A stretch of DNA of 64,000 bases from Chlorobiota bacterium (GTDB taxonomy: Bacteria; Bacteroidota; Ignavibacteria; OLB7): contig JAEUSP010000064.1 of NCBI GenBank assembly GCA_016788565.1, forward strand, positions 289-64,288. The letters run 5' to 3'. Below are positions 27,601 to 36,427 of the stretch, piece by piece (positions within the stretch are counted from its first letter, which is position 1; each line of letters opens with the position of its first letter). The position numbers were made by a program, and so were the translations under genes. Below the pieces are notes generated by a model, which saw nothing but the letters and a program-made list of their open reading frames with translations, had not been told where the DNA came from and ran no database searches.

Positions 27601-29496
27601 TGGCAAGTCCCATTTCACGTCGCGGAAGGCAACGCGGATTCCGTCGGGAGTGTTCTTTTTGAAAATGTCAATCAGCGCGTTCCGGTTGATGACGGTCTCC
27701 TTCAGCGAGGTGATGGAGCTTGCCGGAAGGTCCAGCGAAATCATGTCGCCAATTTTTGCGGTTGGCTCAACATACACCGCCTCGGCCACGGCCAGCTCGG
27801 TGGCGGAATCGCTGACCGCCCCCACCACATCGAAGTTTTTGCGGATCATCCCAAGCTCCCCAAACCACCAGGGTTTCGGTTTCTTCCCGCCGTTGCAGTC
27901 GAACTTCACTCTGCCGATTCCGCTGGGGCGGCTGGGGTCGGCAGATTTGGAGCTTGCGTCCCAATCTTCCACCACAATCGTGAAGCCGCCAGCAATCAGC
28001 GTGTCGGGAAGTTTTTTGGCGATAATCAGGTCGGGGAATCGCTCGAAAATGCTGGTGGCGCGCTTGTCGGCGCAGGCCGCGCCGTCGTTGCGGATGGTTT
28101 TGCCGTTGAACTCCAGAGTAAACCGCCACGCATAATTCACCCCTTCTTTCGGGGTGAAGCCATCGCTTCCGTTGGCGAACGCAAGCTCGAAATAGGTGCG
28201 GTCGGCCCCTTTCCCTTTTGTGGCAATAATTCCTGCGGCCACGTTCCCTTTCAGCTTCCGGCTGAACACCGGCTGCGATTTGCTCCCAACCAAATCGTAC
28301 GGAAGATTGGCGCGGCGGTCGGAAACAAACACCTCCACTTCCGCCCCCGTCACCGCATCAAGATTGATGCCTGGTTCGGCATATCCGGCAAACTGCATTG
28401 CCCGTTTGCCAACGTCGGTTTGCTTTGCTGCGGTTGGCGTTAGCGCAACACAGCCGAAGGTTTTGCCAAGCTGAATTTCATCGGTCTTGACCAGCGGCAG
28501 CGTATCTGTTTTTTTGGCTCCGATGGTGTCGGGGTTGATGGGAAGCTCCACAAGATCAATCGGCTTGTCGGTGATCTTGATGGGGTTGGTGACCGAGTCG
28601 TTCAGCATTGGGGTGATGTTGTTCCACTGGAAGGAGCAGACATCGCTGAAGCCGTTGTTGCGGAAGGCAAGGTTGCCGGAAGGATCAACCGCCTGGACTT
28701 GCCAGGCATAGCTTGCGCCGGGGGTAAGTGGCGGGTCGGCCGGGCCGTACAGAAGCGTTGGGCCGTTTGCTGTTTGCTCAAAAAATGCGGGGCTGGTGGC
28801 GGCCTTCATCGCCTGCTGCGGCGATTGCCCTTTCACGATTGGGACCATCTTGAAACGGTACTGCGTTGCCGCCGGCGCGCCCGGCGGAATGGTCCATTGG
28901 AACTGCACAAGTTGCGGCTTGGTGGCTTTCACAACTTGGCCGCAGGTTGGCTGCAACGGCTCGGGTTCGTCGGCGGTGCGGACCACAAACGTGGCGCAGC
29001 CGCTTGGCTCCTGGGGCGAAAGCGGGGCCAGCGTCTTGAACTCCAACGCCCGAACGCAAACCCGATAAACCCCTTCCGGCAGCAGCTTGGTTCGGCCAAT
29101 CAAGTCCTTATCGGCCCCTTTGAAGCGAACCGCGTTGCCGTCAAAAATTTTGAAGTCGTTCAGGTTCAGCGTCCGCACCGCCCCTGGCTCGATTCGGAGC
29201 GCGCTAATCGGGTATTCATCTTTCGTCTCGATTCGGGTACTGCCGTCGGTGTTTTCGGCAAAGCCAGCAAGCCGGAAATCGTAGCCCCGAGAAAGGTCTT
29301 GGTTCTGGACGGTGATCAGAATCCGGTTTGGGTTCGCAAGCCAGACGGAAAGATCGGGGGAGTATGGCGGAAGCACCGCAATCGTCACGTTCAGCGGTGA
29401 TTGTGCGCGAAGCCCCGCGCCCCCCGCGCCGGCAAGCATCAACAACAGCAGCGGCAGTGTTCGGCTAAGCCATCGTAGTGTGTAGCGTCGGTTCAT
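24628..29496 (-). CDS. Giant secreted hypothetical protein (1622 aa)
   Basis: Clear signal peptide (LLLLMLAGAGGAGLRAQS). It is co-directional and tightly spaced with its neighbours (16 bp to the FN3 gene). I recognised no catalytic motif. Confidence 0.6.
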   Translation of the reverse strand: MNRRYTLRWLSRTLPLLLLMLAGAGGAGLRAQSPLNVTIAVLPPYSPDLSVWLANPNRILITVQNQDLSRGYDFRLAGFAENTDGSTRIETKDEYPISALRIEPGAVRTLNLNDFKIFDGNAVRFKGADKDLIGRTKLLPEGVYRVCVRALEFKTLAPLSPQEPSGCATFVVRTADEPEPLQPTCGQVVKATKPQLVQFQWTIPPGAPAATQYRFKMVPIVKGQSPQQAMKAATSPAFFEQTANGPTLLYGPADPPLTPGASYAWQVQAVDPSGNLAFRNNGFSDVCSFQWNNITPMLNDSVTNPIKITDKPIDLVELPINPDTIGAKKTDTLPLVKTDEIQLGKTFGCVALTPTAAKQTDVGKRAMQFAGYAEPGINLDAVTGAEVEVFVSDRRANLPYDLVGSKSQPVFSRKLKGNVAAGIIATKGKGADRTYFELAFANGSDGFTPKEGVNYAWRFTLEFNGKTIRNDGAACADKRATSIFERFPDLIIAKKLPDTLIAGGFTIVVEDWDASSKSADPSRPSGIGRVKFDCNGGKKPKPWWFGELGMIRKNFDVVGAVSDSATELAVAEAVYVEPTAKIGDMISLDLPASSITSLKETVINRNALIDIFKKNTPDGIRVAFRDVKWDLPTQRTEVLTDGIAIYPSSSPIPTPPAEITLDSAFTLAIDSLIIRPASASVKGAVLLPTSIISNDTCTRARVPFPTTTITSTCEFYQEIASADYGRWHIGETGLLVYGKGYTVDFSAAQSPAGPMPPLAASWKGVVLNAGTTPDSPSDSVISNRGYVQAKYTFVNGLITGSGFAARMNMGGAFVYHALDPFGYQINLTGGGYLRVAKSAIENGEFNNVSMRLPRVAISTAESSMNRVDVHNITLKIQADQDQFADLTVKDNLAWGEYSNKPSSPKRYYLITGSSTDVPAHFYLGARWMPPFYPLADTTFTTPLFAPATAQLETQRLQGVTIPSIANVPLMIATRDRPNPTDGLKFPAETVVKIWMNVARTGVHTEVLLRLQKDRMGEVEMGPVWETGPAYAGEAPFKTTFGFDPKKKDQTNKLVRLQFVESAMWYSELMGSVKLPMPVDAEIAFKQMMFTSTAECAGGQVDLSQPDTMAYWGVGLVPKDPTKSAGILCVKLGVIYLTAAGFNEPRHFAKPFYLVWGEMKASGNMGRLAFDYNSVGQKFDRFGFSPELVKLSPYIPSDSGHILAYGSVAINFFGSKRLSIVDYKSAKLNNPFNGRYVRVLDTTYMGAPPSQLEWQRNWGDGIANLEYDSIRYHVDRQDGFFGAGEVSLFNITGGMYSTIDIAAEGICFRVMEESAHTFALGPVAQMSAMGNIWGCGCIVGESLEKIALGGEISSSLGIGFSIAARGGNMVSMIMSYSPTRFVMEANGAMFVNVGAVDLEVTGLASFTVERGEEIFAEGYFRGTVNLGAVIAGVEGEGEFDWHLGTDYQSVQGRVAVRIWGYLGGLGAQTGIFFGHNVPKERVWVMDGINGRFGLNKGGLPGRLTGFYAFLNVEASVSFYFLASGGFQLYVGIGAFVHDSPFIGGTSVPGLAFPYFVGNVGVRIWGEILGGLVSAAAWGNLQFTGAIPPAFEGTIGLEGCVLWVLCGSVDITCGYNRTDGFYMH

Positions 29497-29529
29497 AGCG
29501 GCTGTCCATATCTGTGGTTCAAGCGTTTC

Positions 29530-29645
29530 GTGTCGGTTGTTATACTCGGAACATAGTGGCTTGCGAAAAACTCAATCAAGTGCGCTATGGATTCCCGCTT
29601 TCGCGGGAATGACAACGCAGGTGTTTTCGCAAACCACGTTCATCA
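29530..29645. repeat. Inverted copy of the 18040-18160 element, including the palindrome 'ATTCCCgctttcgcGGGAAT'
   Basis: The reverse complement of 29585-29640 reads 'aacgtggtttgcgaaaacacctgcgttgtcattcccgcgaaagcgggaatcca'. The flanking arm 'gagtttttcgcaagccactatgttccgagtat' resembles 18124-18160. Confidence 0.7.
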
Positions 29646-29649
29646 GAGT

Positions 29650-31389
29650 TTATCGGCCTTCTTCTTCGGGGCTATCTGGTTTCCAGGAGAAGGTTCGGCT
29701 GTAGGCCAGGGTGGCCGTTAGCTCGTTGAAATCGCTGCTGGCCGAGATTGTTCCGGCCCCCTGGGTGCGGTACAGCGTGAAGGTGAATTGATCTTCCGTT
29801 GTTGGGCGGAATCCGGCATTTGCCGTCAGGTTTATCACCGTGCCATCGAACGCCTCCATTTGTCCGGTGGCCAAGTTCAGCGCGGTTGTTTCCGTTGCGG
29901 TGTAGCCGGCCGAGGCCCCCACCGAGAGCGTGTTATCGAACAACCCGAGGGAGCCGTTCAGGGTTCCGCCCGTTGTTCCAATATCCAGCGTTCCGGTTTC
30001 GGTGGTCCCGCGCAGCACCGAGAATCCAATGCTGACCGCGCTCTCCACAAAAGTGAGGTTGTAGATCAGCGAAATGTTGTTCCCGCGTGAGTTGGTGAAA
30101 GCGTTGGTGAAGGCGTTCAGATCGCTGAACTCCTGGTAGTTGCCGATGACGGTGATGAAGTGGTTCAACGCCTCCGATTGCAGCAGCAACCGTGGCGCAA
30201 GCGTGGCCGATTGTGAAACGTTCCGCACACGGATGGAGTCGTTGATTGCCACCCGCCCCGCCGATTGGTCGGTGGAGTAGTTGATGTAGTTGGCATCAAT
30301 CCCGAAGGCATCGGTTGGGTACCAGCCAACGTTTGCCGAGCCGATAAGTCGGTTGGTTTCGGCAAAGCGGGTGTCCAGCAAGTTGTCGTGCTGGATTCCC
30401 ACCGATCCCCCAAGCCGCAAGCGGTTATCGAACAAGTCCAACGCAGGGGCAATCGTCCACCGCTCGAAATCGCTTGCCAGATACCACGTTCCCAACGAAG
30501 TGAAGTTCGGCTCCACCCGCTCGTATCCCGCACGGATTTTGAACGTGGGGATTGCAAAACTTAGCCCAGCCTTGCTGGCCAAATTCAGCGCGGTGGAGTT
30601 GTGAATCGGCTGGACGCTGGAGAAGAAATCAAGGTCACTGCTGTCAAGGTCGGTCAGTGGGGCGCGGGTGTCGCGGGTGTGAAGGCTTCCGGCAACGTCG
30701 GCATCCAACGTCAGTTCGGGGGTGATGTTGGTTTTCAGCGTCAGCCCCAGCACACTGTTTTCGGCGGGATAGAGTTCGTTCTGCGTTGGTGCTTTTTTCA
30801 GCGACGCGCTGTCGTCGTTGGCATGGAACCAGATAACATCGAAGTAGCTTTCCTGGCTGCCGAACCCAACTTTCAGCGCGTAGCCGTTCCGCTGGTAGGC
30901 GGGGATGTTGTAGAACTGCGTGGTGTCTTCCTCAACCGCCCGTTGCAGCCGCCCAATCATCCCAGCAAACCGGAACTTCCCCGGGTTGAACTCCATCCCG
31001 GCTCCCAAGAACGTCACTCCATCCAACGTGTAGGGGGACATGGTCATGGCGCGGTAGCCGAAGTATCCGGTCAGCGATTTGTAGCGTGGCGAAATTCCGA
31101 ACTGATTGAACGGCTGGCGGAAGTCCCGCTCCTGCTCGCTGAAGATGAAGTCAATCGGAAGCTGAAGGCTGTAGATTGTTGGGTTGAAGGTCCCGTTCAC
31201 AGTCCAGCTGAACGGTTCGCGGCGTTCGGGAATTCCGCTTGCCGAGTACCCCACCACCGAAGCACCCACCGACCCGCTGAAGGAGAACGGAGGTGCCTCG
31301 GTGATTTTTTCAACATCCGTTTGGGCAACGGCTTGCTGTGCTGCAATCAGCAGCAGCAGAATCGGGATATGTGTCCGCAGCCTTGCCAT
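29650..31389 (-). CDS. Predicted outer-membrane beta-barrel protein
   Basis: Signal peptide (ILLLLIAAQQAVAQ). Alternating amphipathic beta-strand pattern. C-terminal aromatic residue ('...TLAYSRTFSW'). It sits at the head of an operon-like block of secreted proteins. Confidence 0.5.
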   Translation of the reverse strand: MARLRTHIPILLLLIAAQQAVAQTDVEKITEAPPFSFSGSVGASVVGYSASGIPERREPFSWTVNGTFNPTIYSLQLPIDFIFSEQERDFRQPFNQFGISPRYKSLTGYFGYRAMTMSPYTLDGVTFLGAGMEFNPGKFRFAGMIGRLQRAVEEDTTQFYNIPAYQRNGYALKVGFGSQESYFDVIWFHANDDSASLKKAPTQNELYPAENSVLGLTLKTNITPELTLDADVAGSLHTRDTRAPLTDLDSSDLDFFSSVQPIHNSTALNLASKAGLSFAIPTFKIRAGYERVEPNFTSLGTWYLASDFERWTIAPALDLFDNRLRLGGSVGIQHDNLLDTRFAETNRLIGSANVGWYPTDAFGIDANYINYSTDQSAGRVAINDSIRVRNVSQSATLAPRLLLQSEALNHFITVIGNYQEFSDLNAFTNAFTNSRGNNISLIYNLTFVESAVSIGFSVLRGTTETGTLDIGTTGGTLNGSLGLFDNTLSVGASAGYTATETTALNLATGQMEAFDGTVINLTANAGFRPTTEDQFTFTLYRTQGAGTISASSDFNELTATLAYSRTFSWKPDSPEEEGR

Positions 31390-31446
31390 TGGTGTTCCCT
31401 CTGGTTTGATCGAATGATCCTTGTGTTGTGTGAGTAGGCTACGGCA

Positions 31447-33945
31447 TCACCGCGCCACCACAATGCTGTTGCTCACCATTCCTTGCTCCGTTTGCATCCG
31501 CAGAAAGTAGAGGCCTGCCGGAAGCCCGGTAAGATCGTAGTTGATCTGGGTTGAACCAGCCTCCATCGCGCCGTTGTACACGGTGGCAACGGTGGTTCCC
31601 AGGGCATCAACCAGCCGCAGTTGAACCAGCCCGGCGCGCCGCACTGTGGCGGTGAATTGCGTTTGGCCGTTTGCGGGGTTTGGCTGTGCGGCAACCCACA
31701 TTCCTGATGTTTCTTCGGTGGCATCCACGCTGGCCGATGCGGTGGTGAGGCTCCAGGTTTCCGACCACGGCCCAACGCCTGCATTGCTTTCGGCACGGAC
31801 GCGCCAGTGCAGGGTTTTCAAGTTCGGCAACACCCCTACGTTCAGCGTTGTGCCCTGGATATTTCTGATCCCTTTCACCAGGGTGCTGAAGCCGGGGTCG
31901 GTGGCAATCTGAAGCAGATAGTACTGGGTTCCGGGAACCTCGCTCCACTGGAAGTCGAGCACCGTCCAAAGGTTTGGCGATTTGTTGGCTGGGGCAATCA
32001 GCGTTGGCGCGGCAAGCGTTGGCGGTTGTGTGTTGAAGCTGCGGGTTTGGGACCAATCGCTAACCCCAACGTTGTTCCGCGACTGCACGCGCCAGTGGTA
32101 GGTGGTTGCCGTGTTCAGGTCGGGGATGGAGATGGAGGTTGTGGTCACGCCCGTGACCTCGGTCAGCACCGTGTTGAAATCGGACGTTGTGGAAAGCTGC
32201 ACGCGATAGCTTCCGGCAGCCGGGGCCGCGCTCCATTGCAACACTGGGCTGATGGAAATGCCGTTTTCTTTATCAAGCGGATAGATCAAACTTGGTGCCG
32301 AGGGGGCGATTGGCTGAACAGAAACGCCGCTGAATGCCCCGGGTGAGTTTGCCGCAGGGCGGTGCCCGCCGGAGAAATCAAGCGGGGTCCCGTTGCTGAT
32401 TGAGCCGGAAGGAACTGGCGGATTTTTTGGGGCATCCACCCAGGAAAAATCCGAGGCGATGAAGGTCCGTGCGCTGATCAGATTTCCCCCCGGTTTTGGC
32501 GCGTAGTTGTTGTTGGCGGGGTCAATCAATTCCGGCGCAAACTCGTTGATGCTGTTGTCCTGCTTCAGCTGGATTTCGTTGCAGTCAATGTTCTGCGGGT
32601 CGCAGCCTGGCTCGCGCCCGTCGGCGGAAACCATCATCAAAATTCCATGCTGTCCGCTTCCGCCATTCCAGATCACGTTCCCTTTTATCCGCACGTTTTG
32701 GTCGGCGCGGGAAGGGCTGGGGATGTTGGTTCCTTCGGTGGTGGTCATCGGGGCATCCACCGCAAAGTGGCTTACCAGCGTGCGGGTTGGCAGCGGATTG
32801 AAGAAGACGTTGTTGTACAGATAGACGTTCCGGTTGGGGATCGGGGCCGCTTGCCCCAGAACGGAATCGGCCCCCCAACCACCCAAAGCAAGATAGGTTG
32901 CGCACAGGCTGTCGTTTGTGCAGTGGCGCGTCCCATGCACGGCTTGGAACAGGGGCGCGGCTTCGGTCTCATCGGTGGCAACGCGGTACAGGGTGTTCCA
33001 GGCAATCAGCACGTTGTAGCCACCGGCAACGTTCAACGGAGTGCCGGTAACGTCGTGCAGAAGATTGTTCACCACGCGGGCATCGTAGATTTCGTAGTGG
33101 AGCCAGGGTGCGGTCATTAAGCTGAACAGCGACCCACCCCCCAGCGAGATGCCGCGCCGGCAATCTCGGACAGTATTTGCTTCGGCCTTCAGGTACGCAG
33201 TGCCAGCAAACGTCATCACCCCCCAGTTCGTGGCTCCTGCAATATCATTCTTCAGCAGCTCGACATGCTGTGAACCAACCACAACCACTCCGTTCTCCGA
33301 TTGCCCTTGCAACTGGCACTGCTCCACGTGGAGATTGGTGCTGTTCAGGATTCCAATGCCGGCATCTACGTCGCTGTTTTCGGGATACTGGGCTGGGTCA
33401 GGAGCAATCAGGCGGAGGTTGCGAAGCAGGATGTTCTGGCCAGAAAACACCGCCAAGAGTGCCTCGGAAGGAGGCTTCTGGCCGGGGATGGAACGGATGG
33501 AAAAATCCATTAAATAAACGTTGCTGGGATTCCGCAGCGTTAGCCCGCCAACCAGCGTTGCCGAGCCAGCCCCATCAACAGCGCGGATGATGATGGGATG
33601 CTGGCGGGTGGTCGCAACGGTTTGGGTCAAAATTGGGGTGCAGTCGGGAAGGTCGCAGGTGTGGTCGCCGTTCATCAGGTTAATCCGGAAGCCGAAGTTG
33701 GCAAGCAGTGTGTTGTTCATCAGGCTCCATGCCGTGCTTACACTGCGCAGCGGAGTTTGGCGGGTCAAACCATTGTTCGTATCGCTTCCGGTTGGCGAAA
33801 CATAGACATCCACAAACGGCCCTGGCTCCCCAAGATCCCAAGCGCGTGGGTCCAGCGTTTGGGCAACTGTGGGGATTGTGCCAAGCAGCAGAAACAGGGC
33901 AATTGCCCGCAACATCTGTGGGAACGACCGTCCGTTTTTCATCAT
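31447..33945 (-). CDS. T9SS-sorted secreted protein with a right-handed parallel beta-helix domain, FN3-like domains and a Por_Secre_tail C-terminal domain
   Basis: The C-terminal ~80 aa read '...VQLRLVDALGTTVATVYNGAMEAGSTQINYDLTGLPAGLYFLRMQTEQGMVSNSIVVAR'. The beta-helix has 'NN..HD' repeats. The start was set at the internal Met (MMKNGRSFPQMLRAIALFLLLGTIPTVAQ) to avoid a 150-bp overlap with the upstream gene. Confidence 0.7.
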   Translation of the reverse strand: MMKNGRSFPQMLRAIALFLLLGTIPTVAQTLDPRAWDLGEPGPFVDVYVSPTGSDTNNGLTRQTPLRSVSTAWSLMNNTLLANFGFRINLMNGDHTCDLPDCTPILTQTVATTRQHPIIIRAVDGAGSATLVGGLTLRNPSNVYLMDFSIRSIPGQKPPSEALLAVFSGQNILLRNLRLIAPDPAQYPENSDVDAGIGILNSTNLHVEQCQLQGQSENGVVVVGSQHVELLKNDIAGATNWGVMTFAGTAYLKAEANTVRDCRRGISLGGGSLFSLMTAPWLHYEIYDARVVNNLLHDVTGTPLNVAGGYNVLIAWNTLYRVATDETEAAPLFQAVHGTRHCTNDSLCATYLALGGWGADSVLGQAAPIPNRNVYLYNNVFFNPLPTRTLVSHFAVDAPMTTTEGTNIPSPSRADQNVRIKGNVIWNGGSGQHGILMMVSADGREPGCDPQNIDCNEIQLKQDNSINEFAPELIDPANNNYAPKPGGNLISARTFIASDFSWVDAPKNPPVPSGSISNGTPLDFSGGHRPAANSPGAFSGVSVQPIAPSAPSLIYPLDKENGISISPVLQWSAAPAAGSYRVQLSTTSDFNTVLTEVTGVTTTSISIPDLNTATTYHWRVQSRNNVGVSDWSQTRSFNTQPPTLAAPTLIAPANKSPNLWTVLDFQWSEVPGTQYYLLQIATDPGFSTLVKGIRNIQGTTLNVGVLPNLKTLHWRVRAESNAGVGPWSETWSLTTASASVDATEETSGMWVAAQPNPANGQTQFTATVRRAGLVQLRLVDALGTTVATVYNGAMEAGSTQINYDLTGLPAGLYFLRMQTEQGMVSNSIVVAR

Positions 33946-34027
33946 GGTAGTTGGGTAGCTAATCATCATTTCATTGTTGGTTGTTGGTGAGTTGGGAAGC
34001 CCAATTGCTAAACGGCAAACCTTCCCT

Positions 34028-35896
34028 TCACCGGATAACCAGCAGCGGCAGCGTTGTGGTTCCCATGTTGCTGAACATGGTGCAAAAAAAATGTCCAGAA
34101 GGAAGAGCGGGGAGCAGAAGCTGAAGGCTTGTGGCCCCGGGTTGGATGGCGTTGGCACAAAGCTGCTTGCCGGAAGCATCGCTCACCACAATGCGTTGGC
34201 CTGCCGGTTGCGGTTCTGCGAACGCAATCACCACCACTCCGCTGGCGGCGTTGTAGCTGGCGCGAAATTGCCGTGTGGCAGCGGGGCCGCTCTGCTGAAC
34301 TTCTTCCTGAACTCCACTGGTTGCGGTGTTCCCAAACGCCCCGGGTGGTTGGTTCCCGTTTCGGAGCGCGCCGGTGTAATCGCGGGCCACGCTGTTGCTG
34401 AAATTTCCCGGCGGAGCTTCTGGGCGCGCGGGGCGGTCGCCGCCGGGGAAATCGGGGATGGGATAGGCGGTGATGCTCCGCAAAGGGCTTGCCGCCGGAA
34501 GCCGAAAATCCAGTTTGGAAGGATCAAGAAAATCTGGCTGCACGGTGTTGATGCTGTTCTGGGCCAGCAGCTGCGCTTGGTTGCACGTTGGGTTGCTGTT
34601 TTGGCATCCGGATTCATCCCCCAGCCCCAGCGAGTGTTCCGGCGGGCCGTTCCAGATCACGTTTCCACGGATGTTCAATCTGTCGTCGGCCAGCGCTGGG
34701 TTTGGCGCGTTCGATTCGGCAGGGTTCCCCGCAAACGGGCCGAAGATGGTGAAGTGCTGATATTGGCTTTGCACACCGGGCGGATTGCAGAAAATGTTGT
34801 TGAACAAATAGACGTTCCGGTTTGGGATGCGGATGTAGTTGTTTCCGTCGTCCACCACGGTGGTTCCCCAGCCGCCGGCGGCCAGGTAATCGGCGCAGTT
34901 TCCGCGCCCGTTGTCGCCCGGCTGGCCATCGCAACTTCTTCCGCCAAACACCGCCTCGAACAGGTGGCTTCGCACGCCGATTCGGTAGCAGGTGTTGTGG
35001 GCCATCAGAATGTTGTATCCCCCCTGAACTCCCAATGCCGCCCCTTCGGTATCGTGGATGATGTTGTTGATGACTTTCAGATCGTAGGCTTCGTAGTGAA
35101 TCCAGGGTGAGGTCATAAACTGGAATCCGGTCCCTTGCCCTGCGGTGAAGCCGCCGGTTCCTCCGTCGTAAATTTCGTTCGACTCCACGCGGAAATATGC
35201 CGAGCCGCCTTTCAGATAGATGCACCAATCGTTGGCGCGGTGGATTTTGGAATCAATGATGTGGCCATGCTGAACTCCAACAAAATCCACAGCATTATCG
35301 GTGGCCCCGCTGATGTCGCACCCTTCCAGATAGACGTGCTGTGATTGATTGATTTTCAGCCCTTCCTGCGGCCCTTGGTAATCGCGGATGTTGCCCGTGC
35401 CAATCACCGTCACGCCACGCAGCAGCAGATGGTTGCAGGCCTCGAAATGGAGTACATCGCCACCGCCGCCGGTGATGATGAGGTTCATCAGATAGAGGTA
35501 GCGGCAATCATACAAGTTCATATTTGGAAGGGTGACGGGGGGATAGCCCGGCGCGGTGGAAATCACCACAGGATGCTGCGCGCTGCCGTGGCGCGACTCC
35601 CAGTAGGTGGGCAACGTTTCTTCTGGATAATCCCCCGGCAGCAGCATAATTGCAAAGCCACGAGTAAGGGGAATGCTGCTGGGGATTCGGTTCCATGCTT
35701 CGCGCACCGTGCGGAGCGGCGCAACTTGGGTGGCGTTCGGGCTGGCATCGTTGCCGTTGGCGGGGCTCACCCACAGCGTATCCAATTCCGGGGTGCCGAT
35801 TTGGTAGCTGCGTGGCTCCATCTGCTGCGCGCTGGCGGCGGCCAGAGCAAGCAGCAGAAGAAGCATGGTGCAGCAGAAAATTCGGCGTAGAATCAT
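34028..35896 (-). CDS. T9SS-sorted secreted beta-helix protein, a paralog of 31447..33945
   Basis: Shared motifs with the neighbouring gene ('NNIIHDTEGAALGVQGGYNILMAHNTCYRIG' vs 'NNLLHDVTGTPLNVAGGYNVLIAWNTLYRV'). C-terminal domain ends '...SGHFFCTMFSNMGTTTLPLLVIR'. Signal peptide from the internal Met (MILRRIFCCTMLLLLLALAAASAQ). Confidence 0.7.
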   Translation of the reverse strand: MILRRIFCCTMLLLLLALAAASAQQMEPRSYQIGTPELDTLWVSPANGNDASPNATQVAPLRTVREAWNRIPSSIPLTRGFAIMLLPGDYPEETLPTYWESRHGSAQHPVVISTAPGYPPVTLPNMNLYDCRYLYLMNLIITGGGGDVLHFEACNHLLLRGVTVIGTGNIRDYQGPQEGLKINQSQHVYLEGCDISGATDNAVDFVGVQHGHIIDSKIHRANDWCIYLKGGSAYFRVESNEIYDGGTGGFTAGQGTGFQFMTSPWIHYEAYDLKVINNIIHDTEGAALGVQGGYNILMAHNTCYRIGVRSHLFEAVFGGRSCDGQPGDNGRGNCADYLAAGGWGTTVVDDGNNYIRIPNRNVYLFNNIFCNPPGVQSQYQHFTIFGPFAGNPAESNAPNPALADDRLNIRGNVIWNGPPEHSLGLGDESGCQNSNPTCNQAQLLAQNSINTVQPDFLDPSKLDFRLPAASPLRSITAYPIPDFPGGDRPARPEAPPGNFSNSVARDYTGALRNGNQPPGAFGNTATSGVQEEVQQSGPAATRQFRASYNAASGVVVIAFAEPQPAGQRIVVSDASGKQLCANAIQPGATSLQLLLPALPSGHFFCTMFSNMGTTTLPLLVIR

Positions 35897-35999
35897 TGGG
35901 CCAGTTCGGAAGCAGTGAATTGTTGATGAAGCCACATCCAGAATATGGCGTGCAGCGGTCACGTTTTTGGGGGGAAGTGGTGACGGGAAAATGGGGATT

Positions 36000-36295
36000 G
36001 CCAAATTTCCGCACGGAAGAGTGAAGAGTGAGGTGTGAAGAGTGAAATAAAGCCAAAGCGGGAAACCCACCAATGACTAACGACTAATGACTAATGACCA
36101 CCGCGAACGCAGCCCTCCGCTCATGCTGAGCCCCGTCGAAGTATGAGCGGAGCCACCGAACCGAGCCGATTTCACTACCTGCCCTCTCCGAAGCAAAGAG
36201 TGAAGAGTGAGGTGTGAAGAGTGAAATAAAGCCAAAGCGGGAAACCCCCCAATGACTAATGACTAACGACCAATGACCGTCCCCCAACTGTGGCA
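36000..36295. repeat. Composite intergenic element in a divergent promoter region: two direct copies of [module B + 'aaataaagccaaagcgggaaaccc' + module A heptamer run] flanking module C copy 4
   Basis: 'gaagagtgaagagtgaggtgtgaagagtgaaataaagccaaagcgggaaaccc..aatgactaa(c/t)gactaa...' occurs at 36018-36098 and at 36196-36290. Module C lies at 36105-36172. Confidence 0.8.
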
Positions 36296-36427
36296 TGTGA
36301 GTTCGGACACCGAGCGTCCGGTGTTGAAATTGGTGGGTGGTAGATTTGGCATACTTTCACTGCAACGCAATGCAGTTGGGCAACAAGCAGTTATTTTCCA
36401 TCAACTACTTCATCAGCAACACCGACC

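Noticed and set aside
33946-34179. N-terminal 79 codons of ORF 31447..34179
   Set aside because: It overlaps the C-terminal T9SS domain of the upstream paralog by 150 bp. The internal Met at 33942/33945 yields a proper signal peptide.
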